Virus record (IMG/VR): IMGVR_UViG_2875722834_000006
Origin: a virus
Taxonomy: Duplodnaviria > Heunggongvirae > Uroviricota > Caudoviricetes
Length of the DNA stretch: 42,851 bases
Strand: one strand, 5' to 3'
In this document: positions 17,289 through 25,858 of the stretch, in pieces
Position numbering within the stretch: position 1 is the stretch's first letter
Layout: each line of letters opens with the position of its first letter
Translations under genes and position numbers: made by a program
Notes under the pieces: model-generated
Database searches by the model: none
What the model saw: only the letters and a program-made list of their open reading frames with translations
Told to the model about the DNA's origin: nothing

Positions 17289-18922
17289 TTTTCCTCCGGA
17301 TCGGTAATGGTCTGGCTCGCAAACTGGTCAGCCTGTGCCCAGCTCGGAAGCGGTAATCCGCGTTTAAGACATGACTCAATTTCTCTCTGGCGCTGATCAA
17401 GCACTTCTTCCCAGTCTTCACCGACGTTTTCACCCACCTCAATCTCGAGGGTGGAAAGTCCGGCATCCAGACCAAGAATGGCGCCTTTTTTCTCTGCAAC
17501 CGGATCCACCCAGCCGCGCCCTGGCCCCATCCAGCGCGCGCGAGAATACGCGGCTCTGGCGTCAACAAAATCAGGTGCGCCTGCGGGCAGGGGTAAATCC
17601 TCATTGTCGTGAACTTCTTCAACAAAGGCGGTGAGAATGGGCTGAGCGAAGCCGGTAGAAAAATCGTCCCGGCGGCGAGTCAGTGTTTTCCATGCCTCCA
17701 GCAACGAGGAGCGTGCAGAACTGTAGTTAACGTCAGACCAGTCCTGGGTGACCTGCTGTGGGGACAACCCTGTTCCTGAAGAAAAATTACGGAGAACAGC
17801 AGATTCGAAGACTTCAAAATTGCTGTAGGGCCGCGCCGCGTTAACCGTCGTGATTTTCTCACCAGGATAAAGAATGGGCATTCGGGCACCATTCTGAAGT
17901 GTCAGACGCCGATCGTTATGGAACTCAACACGCCCGTCCTGATAAGTGCCTAACTCCGACTCGTCATAGGTCTCGCCCAGGGCAGACTGAACCATCGCAG
18001 GGTCATAGGGTGACTCAATGTAAGCGGCAAATATGGCATTAAGAATTGCTGCCTCAAGCTCACTCTGGTCATACTTCACCAGCATTTTCAGACGCTGAAT
18101 AACCGGAGTCAGGATGCCGTTACCACGGTGCTGCGCGCCACGCTCATGATCAAAATCGTGAACCACATGCGGGCGGCCCCAGTCAGTTTCACGCGGGATA
18201 CGCTGCCACGTCATGGTTTTAGCCCCGCTCCACCAGTCACCGATATGGGCCTCCCTGATGTGGTAAGCAACCGGCGCACCGTCCGCATCAATTTCAACGC
18301 CACCACGGACATTTGGCATATCGAAATTCTGCTGAGGATTACTGAGGCGGTCAGGATCGACAATCTGTACCGTGGTGGCGTAACGCCCTCTTCCGGGACC
18401 AAGCCTGTCAGTTCTGTACTGGAGAATGGCCAGAGCATCCCCGTCAATAAGCTTGTGACGAAATCCCAGGCGTAACATCTGCGACACGGTGAGTTTTCGT
18501 TCAACATCACAATACCGGCCAGGATCGTTACTCCAGGTCCGCCAGTGCCCGTCCAGTGCTTTTCCGTACTCTTCCGCCCAGGACGCATCAAACGCCTTGT
18601 TTCCGGTGATCATTCTGAGAACACGGTAATCGGGTTTCATGATGGGGCGGAAGTTGGCACCAACCGCATTATCCAGCAGACGTGTGACCGCACCGTTTGC
18701 CCAGCCGTCATTACGGACCAGATCGCGTGCGCGGGACACGATGCGATCCCGGTAAATGTTAATTTCATTGTCCGGGGACCACAGCGCGGGTTGCCAGTTC
18801 GCCAGTTGATCGCTGAAAGAGTCAGCTGCGTCATAAGGTACGCGGCTCCCCCCCACCAGCATAGAGGGACGCTGCTGTCGCAACGGCTGCCCATCAGAGC
18901 CCAGTATCTGTACTTTATTCAT
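17285..18922 (-). CDS. Portal protein (lambda gpB-like)
   Basis: 545-aa ORF between W-like and protease genes; size and order. Confidence 0.85.
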   Translation of the reverse strand: MNKVQILGSDGQPLRQQRPSMLVGGSRVPYDAADSFSDQLANWQPALWSPDNEINIYRDRIVSRARDLVRNDGWANGAVTRLLDNAVGANFRPIMKPDYRVLRMITGNKAFDASWAEEYGKALDGHWRTWSNDPGRYCDVERKLTVSQMLRLGFRHKLIDGDALAILQYRTDRLGPGRGRYATTVQIVDPDRLSNPQQNFDMPNVRGGVEIDADGAPVAYHIREAHIGDWWSGAKTMTWQRIPRETDWGRPHVVHDFDHERGAQHRGNGILTPVIQRLKMLVKYDQSELEAAILNAIFAAYIESPYDPAMVQSALGETYDESELGTYQDGRVEFHNDRRLTLQNGARMPILYPGEKITTVNAARPYSNFEVFESAVLRNFSSGTGLSPQQVTQDWSDVNYSSARSSLLEAWKTLTRRRDDFSTGFAQPILTAFVEEVHDNEDLPLPAGAPDFVDARAAYSRARWMGPGRGWVDPVAEKKGAILGLDAGLSTLEIEVGENVGEDWEEVLDQRQREIESCLKRGLPLPSWAQADQFASQTITDPEEK

Positions 18923-19185
18923 CAGAATCTAAACCTCGCTGGTTTCCGGGGACGAGAGATAATCCCCAGTTGCGCCTGCAGAAGTTGAATCAGGGCCAGC
19001 AGATCAGCCAGGGTGCTTTGCTGATAGGACACTGATCGCGTCCCGTCTCCCTGCGTATAGGAAAACGAAACACCGTGGCTCCCGGTTGCTAAATCAATGT
19101 ACGCCTGCTGAGCTTTCGCAAGCGCATCCCTGAGCTGATCGTCAGTCATTGCGCCGGCAAGCAGGCTGGTGTTCCGGTTGAACAT
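18922..19185 (-). CDS. Head-tail joining protein gpW-like
   Basis: Small ORF between terminase large subunit and portal, AAGGA RBS before ATG at 19185. Confidence 0.65.
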   Translation of the reverse strand: MFNRNTSLLAGAMTDDQLRDALAKAQQAYIDLATGSHGVSFSYTQGDGTRSVSYQQSTLADLLALIQLLQAQLGIISRPRKPARFRF

Positions 19186-19193
19186 GATTTTCC

Positions 19194-21323
19194 TTATTTC
19201 GGCAGGAGTTGCGATATTCGCTTACGTTTGACCGGCGCTGGTTCTTCAATAACCGCACCCGGCAGCTCGTAATTGATTTTTTCTTCCTGTCCAACTGGCG
19301 CTGGCAGGAACTTATCCGGATCGGCTTCGAGGTTGGCGGCCCGGACGTTGAGTTTTAACCCCATATGTTTGAGACCGCACAGCGCGGCATAGCTGTAAAC
19401 GAGGCAGTCAAGCGCTTCGTTAGCTCGTCCTGGTATTGCTTCCCAGATACTGTACCGCTGCCCGGAAATGACTTTGTAAACCAGTCGCTCCGCCAGCAGC
19501 TGATTGAAGTACCCGAGATCGCGATCGTCAGGAAAATGCATATAACCCGCAGCGGCGGCGCCAGGTTTGGGTGGCTCAAGATGCAGGCGACCGCGTATCA
19601 CGTCTTTCGCTGAGTTAACCCCCAGAATGACAGGGCGGAAACTGGCTTTGCTTTTCGATGATGGTCGTTTGGTCGGCCAGACAGGATTGCGTTTACCTCC
19701 CTGTGCAGACTCCCCCTTAATTGCCCAGACACGACGGCCAAGACGCTCTTTGGCGAATTCGTATACCTTCTGCGTATGGTGGCCACCGGAGTCCATGCAC
19801 GTTGCCATGATATTCAGGCCGCGCCCGTCACCACGTCGCCAGATCTGTTTCAGGTATGCATCCAGTCGCTTCCAGGGTTCTTCCGTCTCAAGGTCACCAT
19901 AAATAACGTCATGCGCGACCGACCACGATTCTTCATCTCTCCCCCAGCCGGTGATCGTAATTTCGAAGCGATCGTCCTGGGTATCAACTCCAGCTGTTAA
20001 CAATGCCACCCCGTCCGGAACGACGGCCGGAAATATTTCCCGGCGCGCCAGCAGAACATCAACAGGGAGCTGTTTCCCATGATTAGGTCGGTGCGGAAGC
20101 CCCATCTGGGTATTCCACCACGCCTGTTCCTTATCCGGATCGCCCTTCGCATCGATATATTTTTTCGCAATATCCGACGGCTTATCTTTTTGCCAGGGGC
20201 TGAAAAGCTTGGATGCCTGGTACCCCGCGTGGTGGTTATCGACTGCCTCCTTTCCACAGGAGGGGCAGATTGCGCGATAGACCGCATGCCGTTCCGACTC
20301 TGACCATTGCCAGACCTTTTCAACGCTGCCCTCGTCTGCCGCCCGCCAGGCAAGGTCATAATCCATCAGCGGTGAGTGCCGCTCCCCGCAGCACTCAAAT
20401 GGGCGCGTCTGATGCCATCGAATAGTTTGCAGAGCTCTGAGGCGCTGTCCTTCGGACCAGCCACTACCACAGCATTCGCAATAGAGCATCGCCGATTTAG
20501 TCAGGTGTTTATCTCCCTCTTTCGGCCACTGAACGTGTTTGAAAAAGTCGGGGAACTGGCGGTGGCCACAGTGCGGGCAAACCACAGATGCCCGGCGCTG
20601 ATCGGAGTCGGCGTAGCTGTCAGCAATGCGGCTCTCATCCTCCACCGTCGGCGAACAGGCGCGTACAGACAGCCAGGTCAGGCCAAATGTCGCTGTACGC
20701 TCTTCGGCCAGCGCAATTGGATCGCCTTCGCGGGTTATCGGGTACTTGTCCACTTCATCCGCCAGCAGGACACGAATCGGACGACGCGCAAGGTTATCAG
20801 GGCTACCAGCACCCGCCAGCGCCAGAAATCCGCCAGTGAACGCCTTGTAAAGAATGGTTTCTTTCGAGCTTTTCTGTTTCGAATCACCGATGATTTTACG
20901 CAGTACCGGCGTCACCCTTACCAGCGGGCTAATACGCTCTTTCGAAAACTGTTCAGCGGCTTCTTCTTTCGGCTGCAGCAGCAGTATCGGACAAGGATCG
21001 AGGTGGGCAAAATAGCCAAAAAGGTTTTCCAGCAGTGCTGTCTTCATCAACTGGGTACAGCACATTACAGTGATGATATGAACCCCGGACTCCGTCGCGG
21101 CAAGCATCGGTCCGCGGGCAATTTCTACCGTCGATGTTTCCCAGTTTCCCGAAGTGCTCCCAGCCTCTTTTGCCAGCTTACGATAGTCATCTGCCCACTG
21201 CGGCACACTGATACGCGGCGGGGGTGTCCAGCCTTTGCGGACGCTTAATTCAAGACGCTCAATCTTCTGCCGGGTTAAACTCTGGCTCTCCGAGGACTGA
21301 GATGTGTTTGTGGACATGTTCAA
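19194..21323 (-). CDS. Terminase large subunit (lambda gpA-like)
   Basis: 709-aa ORF directly downstream of small subunit, conserved cysteine-rich middle region and ATPase/nuclease size. Confidence 0.9.
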   Translation of the reverse strand: MNMSTNTSQSSESQSLTRQKIERLELSVRKGWTPPPRISVPQWADDYRKLAKEAGSTSGNWETSTVEIARGPMLAATESGVHIITVMCCTQLMKTALLENLFGYFAHLDPCPILLLQPKEEAAEQFSKERISPLVRVTPVLRKIIGDSKQKSSKETILYKAFTGGFLALAGAGSPDNLARRPIRVLLADEVDKYPITREGDPIALAEERTATFGLTWLSVRACSPTVEDESRIADSYADSDQRRASVVCPHCGHRQFPDFFKHVQWPKEGDKHLTKSAMLYCECCGSGWSEGQRLRALQTIRWHQTRPFECCGERHSPLMDYDLAWRAADEGSVEKVWQWSESERHAVYRAICPSCGKEAVDNHHAGYQASKLFSPWQKDKPSDIAKKYIDAKGDPDKEQAWWNTQMGLPHRPNHGKQLPVDVLLARREIFPAVVPDGVALLTAGVDTQDDRFEITITGWGRDEESWSVAHDVIYGDLETEEPWKRLDAYLKQIWRRGDGRGLNIMATCMDSGGHHTQKVYEFAKERLGRRVWAIKGESAQGGKRNPVWPTKRPSSKSKASFRPVILGVNSAKDVIRGRLHLEPPKPGAAAAGYMHFPDDRDLGYFNQLLAERLVYKVISGQRYSIWEAIPGRANEALDCLVYSYAALCGLKHMGLKLNVRAANLEADPDKFLPAPVGQEEKINYELPGAVIEEPAPVKRKRISQLLPK

Positions 21324-21828
21324 TCAGCACCTCTGTCATCCTGTCCGCCGGTACATCCAGATCAGCAGCCATTAGCGGCGCCACCCTGGACGGCCAGTTA
21401 AGCCAGGCATCACGCTGTTGGCGAAAGGCGTTGAATAAAACCTCCTCGGCTGCTGTCAGCTCAATAAGCTGGCCGCTGTCTTTTTCATACTGCAGCTTTG
21501 CCTGCAGGGCCATGTAATTCTCGCGGATACGTCCCGCTTCCTCTCTCGAAAGATCTGCCCCTTCAGTGAGCATTATCTGGCGGACAGTTTTATTGATTTC
21601 ATCACCGTCATCATCGTTATCGCTAACGACGGGAGTTTTCTTTTTCTTCGCGTTCGAGGCGCGCGGGTCTTTGCCATCGCGGTTTTTCTTCAATGCCGCA
21701 TCGCTGGCCTCTACGTCAATCAGGTCTCCGTCCATCACAATGAAGCGCCCGGCTTTAATCCACCGACCAATTGTTTTGCGATCCACACCTGAATGTTGTG
21801 CGTACTGACTCTGGTTCATCGTGGTCAT
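21259..21828 (-). CDS. Terminase small subunit (Nu1-like, N-terminal winged HTH)
   Basis: 189-aa ORF overlapping start of large subunit, N-terminal DNA-binding-like segment, adjacent to repeat array. Confidence 0.7.
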   Translation of the reverse strand: MTTMNQSQYAQHSGVDRKTIGRWIKAGRFIVMDGDLIDVEASDAALKKNRDGKDPRASNAKKKKTPVVSDNDDDGDEINKTVRQIMLTEGADLSREEAGRIRENYMALQAKLQYEKDSGQLIELTAAEEVLFNAFRQQRDAWLNWPSRVAPLMAADLDVPADRMTEVLIEHVHKHISVLGEPEFNPAED

Positions 21829-21976
21829 GGGACATCACCTGGGACATTTTCTGGGGTGGGACATTCGCCTGGGACATTTTTGCCATGTCCCACCAGAATG
21901 TCCCACTGGAATAAACTGGAATAGCCAGAGCTGGCGAGGTGTCCGTAATGATCGCCAGAGGTGGGACATGGGACAC
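21829..21976. promoter_or_regulatory. cosB-like array: 8 copies of GGGACAT(T) in direct and inverted orientation immediately upstream of Nu1-like gene
   Basis: GGGACAT at 21829, 21841, 21858, 21871, 21963, 21970 and inverted ATGTCCCAC at 21885 and 21898. Confidence 0.6.
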
Positions 21977-22067
21977 AAATCTGAAAGTTGTAGCTAGGAA
22001 AACACCGCGGCGCGCAATGCCCGTGCCTTACAAAAGGCTCAGGAAGGACCCAAAACCCCTGGGGGGG

Positions 22068-22721
22068 CTATCTGGCCGAGCTGATCGCCTCAGCAATCGC
22101 CTGGTGCAGCGCTGAGGGTAACAATGCGTTGGCCATGGTGTTTGCCCTGTCCATATAGCCGAGCGTTGGTTTGACTGGAAGCGCGTCTCCAAACCGAATA
22201 AGCAATTTTGGTGCAGGTTGCTTAATCTTGTCTCTGCGCGTGCCGTTCGGAGAACGTTTTGCCCGTTTCTTCCCTTTTTTGGTTTTCGGCTTTTTTCTCT
22301 GCCACACGGCATTCACGCCACCAACGTCACCAATAAATACGTTTGGCTTTGCTTTGAGCTGAGAGAGCTTATTACGCGGCAGGTTGCCGTATTTATTAAG
22401 CTTTATGTCTTTCGGGTTAAGCAAAGCACCACCATTAAGCTTGTGCGCTCCGCCGAACTCGAAGGGTTCAAGGTAGCCAGCAGCAGTATCACGAACAAAC
22501 ACCTTCGCACGAAGGCTGTTTTTCCTGGCACCAACTGACCCTACCGATTTAACTGTAAAAGGTGTTGGATTATCCAGATTCTGCTCAAATGCTGTTTTTT
22601 GGGCCGCTTCTATCTGGCGAACCACTTTAGTCATAGCCTGGGCAGTCGCAAACGGTATTTGCTTCTGCAGCTGTCTTAACTGACTGGAAAGGTCCTTAAG
22701 CGTTGCCATATCATTGACCAC
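22068..22721 (-). CDS. Hypothetical protein (217 aa) with Lys/Arg-rich segment
   Basis: ORF with AGGTGG RBS; located between lysis cassette and cos; no family recognised. Confidence 0.5.
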   Translation of the reverse strand: MVNDMATLKDLSSQLRQLQKQIPFATAQAMTKVVRQIEAAQKTAFEQNLDNPTPFTVKSVGSVGARKNSLRAKVFVRDTAAGYLEPFEFGGAHKLNGGALLNPKDIKLNKYGNLPRNKLSQLKAKPNVFIGDVGGVNAVWQRKKPKTKKGKKRAKRSPNGTRRDKIKQPAPKLLIRFGDALPVKPTLGYMDRANTMANALLPSALHQAIAEAISSAR

Positions 22722-22761
22722 CTAGTTACAGTAATTAAGATCAGTTTGCTCATAAAGTTGA

Positions 22762-22786
22762 CAATAAAAAACCGCCCGTAGGCGGT
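22762..22786 (-). terminator. Intrinsic terminator (ACCGCC-CGTA-GGCGGT plus U-tract on minus strand)
   Basis: Stem 22771-22776/22781-22786 followed by T-run on minus strand, overlapping stop of 22786..23190. Confidence 0.6.
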
Positions 22787-23190
22787 TAGTCGAACATTTT
22801 ATCAAGTTGCTTAGCAAGAGCTCGGTTAAACAGCTCCTTCGAAACTGTCATCAGCGTGCCCATACTGGCATCTTTGAATCCGGTTTTTAATGTTGCCCAA
22901 ACCTCTTTGTTACGGAGAGCATCCAAGAAGTCATGCCCCATCGCGGTCAATCGCAAGGGCATTACAGCCCAGTGAGTCATTCCGTCTAAAGACTGAATAG
23001 CACCAAAGCCGGGCTCTCCATCACTCCTGATAATCAGCCCTCTATCCTCAAGCAAACGCATATGAAACACAAATGTGTCAGTTTCACAATTGAACCCTAA
23101 ATCATTTAATCGAATAATATCGGTATCAGGTGAATCCGATGCCTCGAAAGCCTCGAGCAAACCTTTAAGGTATTCTTGATCTATTTGCAT
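22786..23190 (-). CDS. Hypothetical protein (134 aa), low-GC cargo-like gene (possibly DUF2513-like)
   Basis: ORF with about 37-40% GC in sampled stretch versus about 55-60% in structural genes; own terminator. Confidence 0.5.
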   Translation of the reverse strand: MQIDQEYLKGLLEAFEASDSPDTDIIRLNDLGFNCETDTFVFHMRLLEDRGLIIRSDGEPGFGAIQSLDGMTHWAVMPLRLTAMGHDFLDALRNKEVWATLKTGFKDASMGTLMTVSKELFNRALAKQLDKMFD

Positions 23191-23222
23191 AACCCCTCCG
23201 TATGTAAAAGGTTAATTTAACA

Positions 23223-23684
23223 TCAATTTAAGCACTGCTCTTTGATGTATTCCTGCAAATATCCAACCTGTTTCGTCACTGTGACGATTCGCTCTCTGAG
23301 GGTGAAATAATCCCGTTCAGCGGAGTCAGTAAGTCGGGGGCCGGTAACATCGCCCAGGCCGCCGGTGCTGGTCGCTCCGTTCGCGGGACATCTGGCGTTG
23401 ACGTGCAGCCCACACTTGCCAGTGCGAACACAACGCTGCAAATCATCAAGCTGCTTTTTAGCATCAGCTAAGTCCTTCGTGTATTTGGCATCCAGCACCG
23501 CTGCATCACGCTGGCGGATCTGCATGTCTTTGATGGTGGCGTTCGCCTGGCTAAGATTCTTAATGGCTTTATCGCGCTGGTCTTTGTAGGTGATGGCGTT
23601 GCCGCGGTAGTGGTTAATCGCCCAGGCCATGGAAACCATCAGGCAGATAACGACAGCACAGATGATTGCTGTTAATCGGCTCAC
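23223..23684 (-). CDS. Rz: i-spanin Rz
   Basis: Aligns by eye with lambda Rz ([32 protein letters not shown]); GTG start at 23684 giving MSRLTAII. Confidence 0.8.
   Translation of the reverse strand: MSRLTAIICAVVICLMVSMAWAINHYRGNAITYKDQRDKAIKNLSQANATIKDMQIRQRDAAVLDAKYTKDLADAKKQLDDLQRCVRTGKCGLHVNARCPANGATSTGGLGDVTGPRLTDSAERDYFTLRERIVTVTKQVGYLQEYIKEQCLN
23276..23464 (-). CDS. Rz1: o-spanin Rz1 (lipoprotein) embedded in Rz in alternate frame
   Basis: Lipobox ASVGC, proline-rich, [11 protein letters not shown] identical to lambda Rz1 motif. Confidence 0.8.
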   Translation of the reverse strand: MLKSSLMICSVVFALASVGCTSTPDVPRTERPAPAAWAMLPAPDLLTPLNGIISPSESESSQ

Positions 23685-24220
23685 TAATCTAACCCCCAAC
23701 ACGCCAGCGCGCTTTCCTGGTCCCGTCTCTCAACCTGACCATAGCAGCCATTCTTCTGGCCTTTGGTTAGTCGGCAATCGCGGCCACCGTCTTTGATCCA
23801 CCAGCGGATTGCTTCACATGCCCCTTTACGATCACCGGCGTTGATGCGTTTATAAAAGGTAGAAGGGAAGCATTTACCAGGACCAATGTTGTACGGGCAA
23901 AATGAGGCAATCCCCGCTTTCTGCGGTTCGGTCAGTGGTACCTGGATATTGCGGTCGACCCAAGCCAGCGCCTTGTTCAGCTCGCTGGCGTTCACCTGAT
24001 TACATTTCTCTGGCGATAGCCTCATACCTGGTGTAACAGGCTTGCCGTCAACCGTGGTAGCTCCCCGGCAAATCGTCCAGATGCCGCTGCCATCTTTGTA
24101 CGCTGTAAGGCTGTTTCCCTCTTTCTCATTCAGAAACTGATCGAGAATGACGGATGCTGGCGCACCAGCAAGTACCAACCCCAGAACAGCAGCACTTAAT
24201 TTTGCTCTGGATCCCATCAC
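23684..24220 (-). CDS. Endolysin, lysozyme-type with N-terminal signal-anchor-release (SAR) segment
   Basis: Hydrophobic Gly/Ala-rich N-terminus followed by [20 protein letters not shown] catalytic motif. Confidence 0.8.
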   Translation of the reverse strand: MMGSRAKLSAAVLGLVLAGAPASVILDQFLNEKEGNSLTAYKDGSGIWTICRGATTVDGKPVTPGMRLSPEKCNQVNASELNKALAWVDRNIQVPLTEPQKAGIASFCPYNIGPGKCFPSTFYKRINAGDRKGACEAIRWWIKDGGRDCRLTKGQKNGCYGQVERRDQESALACWGLD

Positions 24221-24519
24221 TCACCTTCCTTTTGTAATGCCTCAACGACCACGCTTGCAGCCGCAGGACGTTCGTGAAGGGGTTTATCACCAACGCCTTT
24301 CAGGTAGTCATTGACCATTTTTGTTCGCTTCTCGTCCTCTCTACGCCTGCGGTGGGCATCCACGCGACCATTGACATAGGAGGCAAACGAGATAAGCAGA
24401 CCAGCGGCGCCAAAGAACATGAACACCATATCCTGAGTGGTAAAACCAATGGCTGACGCCAGAGCTGCTACCCACGCGAAGAACTGCGTGAAAATGTTCC
24501 CTGAATCATTCATTTTCAT
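24217..24519 (-). CDS. Holin (two predicted TMDs, MKM dual-start; pinholin-like)
   Basis: 100-aa ORF upstream of SAR endolysin with two hydrophobic helices and charged C-terminus. Confidence 0.7.
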   Translation of the reverse strand: MKMNDSGNIFTQFFAWVAALASAIGFTTQDMVFMFFGAAGLLISFASYVNGRVDAHRRRREDEKRTKMVNDYLKGVGDKPLHERPAAASVVVEALQKEGE

Positions 24520-24552
24520 GGTCTCTCACCTCGCTGTGTGCGGGTGTTATTG

Positions 24553-24580
24553 AGGTAATAAAAAAGGCCGCTTGAGCGAC
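24553..24580 (-). terminator. Terminator-like hairpin with U-tract between methyltransferase and holin genes
   Basis: GGUCGC/GCGGCC stem (one G-U pair) followed by TTTTTTATT on minus strand. Confidence 0.4.
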
Positions 24581-24587
24581 CTCACGT

Positions 24588-25640
24588 TTATTCCCCTGTT
24601 AACGCCCTTATTTCCCCCACCGTCTGGCTAAACCTGTCCTTCTCGAGTTCAACGCCGATAGCCTGGCGGCCAAGTTCCAGCGCGATTTTCACGGTCGAAC
24701 CGGACCCCATAAAGAAATCAGCCACCACATCACCAGGCTTACTGCTGGCGTTGATGATCTGCCGCAACATGTCAGCGGGTTTTTCGCATGGGTGTTTACC
24801 TGGGTAAAACTGAACGGGTTTATGTGTCCAGACGTCGGTATAAGGAACGGATACGGAAACAGAGAAATGCCGCCGAAGCGATTTGTACTCTTCGAGCAGC
24901 TCTGAATACTTGCGATTTAACGAATGCCACATAGCCACCAGCTGGTGGTGTGGTGTTGCCAGTTCGCCGTTCTGGTGCTTTTCGATGGCTACCTGCGTGA
25001 AAAGGGACTGAAGCTTCCGGTAGTCTGATTCATTCGGTAATTGCCACTGGCTACCGCTGAACCAGTGAGACACCATGTTCTTCTTTCCAGTCGCATCGGC
25101 TATTTGTTTTGAGGTTATGCCAAGCGCTTCACGTGCATCCCGGAAATAAGAAATTAGGGGAGTCATTACATGCTGCTTCAGCTCGCTTCCCTTCTCAGCG
25201 TACCCGTCGCTCTTTGGTTTATACGGCCCCTGGTAATGCTCAGCGAACAGGATGCGCTCTGTTGCAGGGAAGTAAGAGCGCAGGCTCTCTTTATTACAGC
25301 CATTCCAGCGGCCCGACGGTTTAGCCCAGATGATGTGGTTCAGGACGTTGAACCGCTCACGCATCATGATCTCAATGTCTGCCGCCAGACGGTGACCTGA
25401 GAAAAGATAAAGACTGCCGGCAGGTTTAAGCACTCGCCAGAATTGTGCGAGGCACATATCAAGCCAGCGAAGATAATCCTCATCCCCTTTCCATTGATTG
25501 TCCCAGCCGTTGGGTTTCACTTTGAAGTACGGCGGATCCGTGACTATCAGGTCAATGAAGTTATCAGGGAGAGTTGCGATGTATTGCAGGCTATCAGCGT
25601 TGACTAACTCAACACTGTTTATATTTACAGTATTTTTCAT
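24588..25640 (-). CDS. DNA N6-adenine (or N4-cytosine) methyltransferase, beta class
   Basis: DPPY motif near N-terminus (VTDPPYF) and AdoMet motif FxGxG near C-terminus (DFFMGSGST). Confidence 0.8.
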   Translation of the reverse strand: MKNTVNINSVELVNADSLQYIATLPDNFIDLIVTDPPYFKVKPNGWDNQWKGDEDYLRWLDMCLAQFWRVLKPAGSLYLFSGHRLAADIEIMMRERFNVLNHIIWAKPSGRWNGCNKESLRSYFPATERILFAEHYQGPYKPKSDGYAEKGSELKQHVMTPLISYFRDAREALGITSKQIADATGKKNMVSHWFSGSQWQLPNESDYRKLQSLFTQVAIEKHQNGELATPHHQLVAMWHSLNRKYSELLEEYKSLRRHFSVSVSVPYTDVWTHKPVQFYPGKHPCEKPADMLRQIINASSKPGDVVADFFMGSGSTVKIALELGRQAIGVELEKDRFSQTVGEIRALTGE

Positions 25641-25810
25641 AGATCCGTAAGCGTAACTCTGATAGGCTCACTATGCTTTTGCGCTAAAGCAGTGGGCCTT
25701 GGTTAGCTTGTGACCTGTAAGCATGAGCTGATGGTTGGTCGGGTGCTACAACACCCACCAGCCGCCCATTCCACAGCAAAACTCCTCCATATTGAAGGAA
25801 CGAAGGCGTA

Positions 25811-25850
25811 AAAAAGCCCTGATTTTCAGGTCAGGGCATTTTTAATAAAA
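25811..25850 (-). terminator. Intrinsic terminator hairpin (GCCCTGA...TCAGGGC) with T/A runs on both sides
   Basis: Stem 25816-25822/25831-25837; minus-strand U-tract directly after stop of 25859..26758. Confidence 0.6.
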
Positions 25851-25858
25851 TCTGAAAT

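Noticed and set aside
17254-17625. 123-aa minus-strand ORF overlapping the portal/protease junction
   Set aside because: Lies in an alternate frame inside the portal gene; Arg/Pro-rich composition typical of out-of-frame translation.
20376-21248. 290-aa plus-strand ORF antisense to terminase large subunit (and similar long antisense ORFs at 3470..4198, 5141..5569, 30325..30903, 31827..32345)
   Set aside because: Entirely contained within well-supported genes on the opposite strand with recognisable family motifs; typical of GC-rich antisense frames.
21755-21976. 73-aa minus-strand ORF spanning the GGGACAT repeats
   Set aside because: Its repetitive MSQ-rich translation is a direct consequence of the DNA repeats and it overlaps the terminase small-subunit start; interpreted as non-coding cos region.
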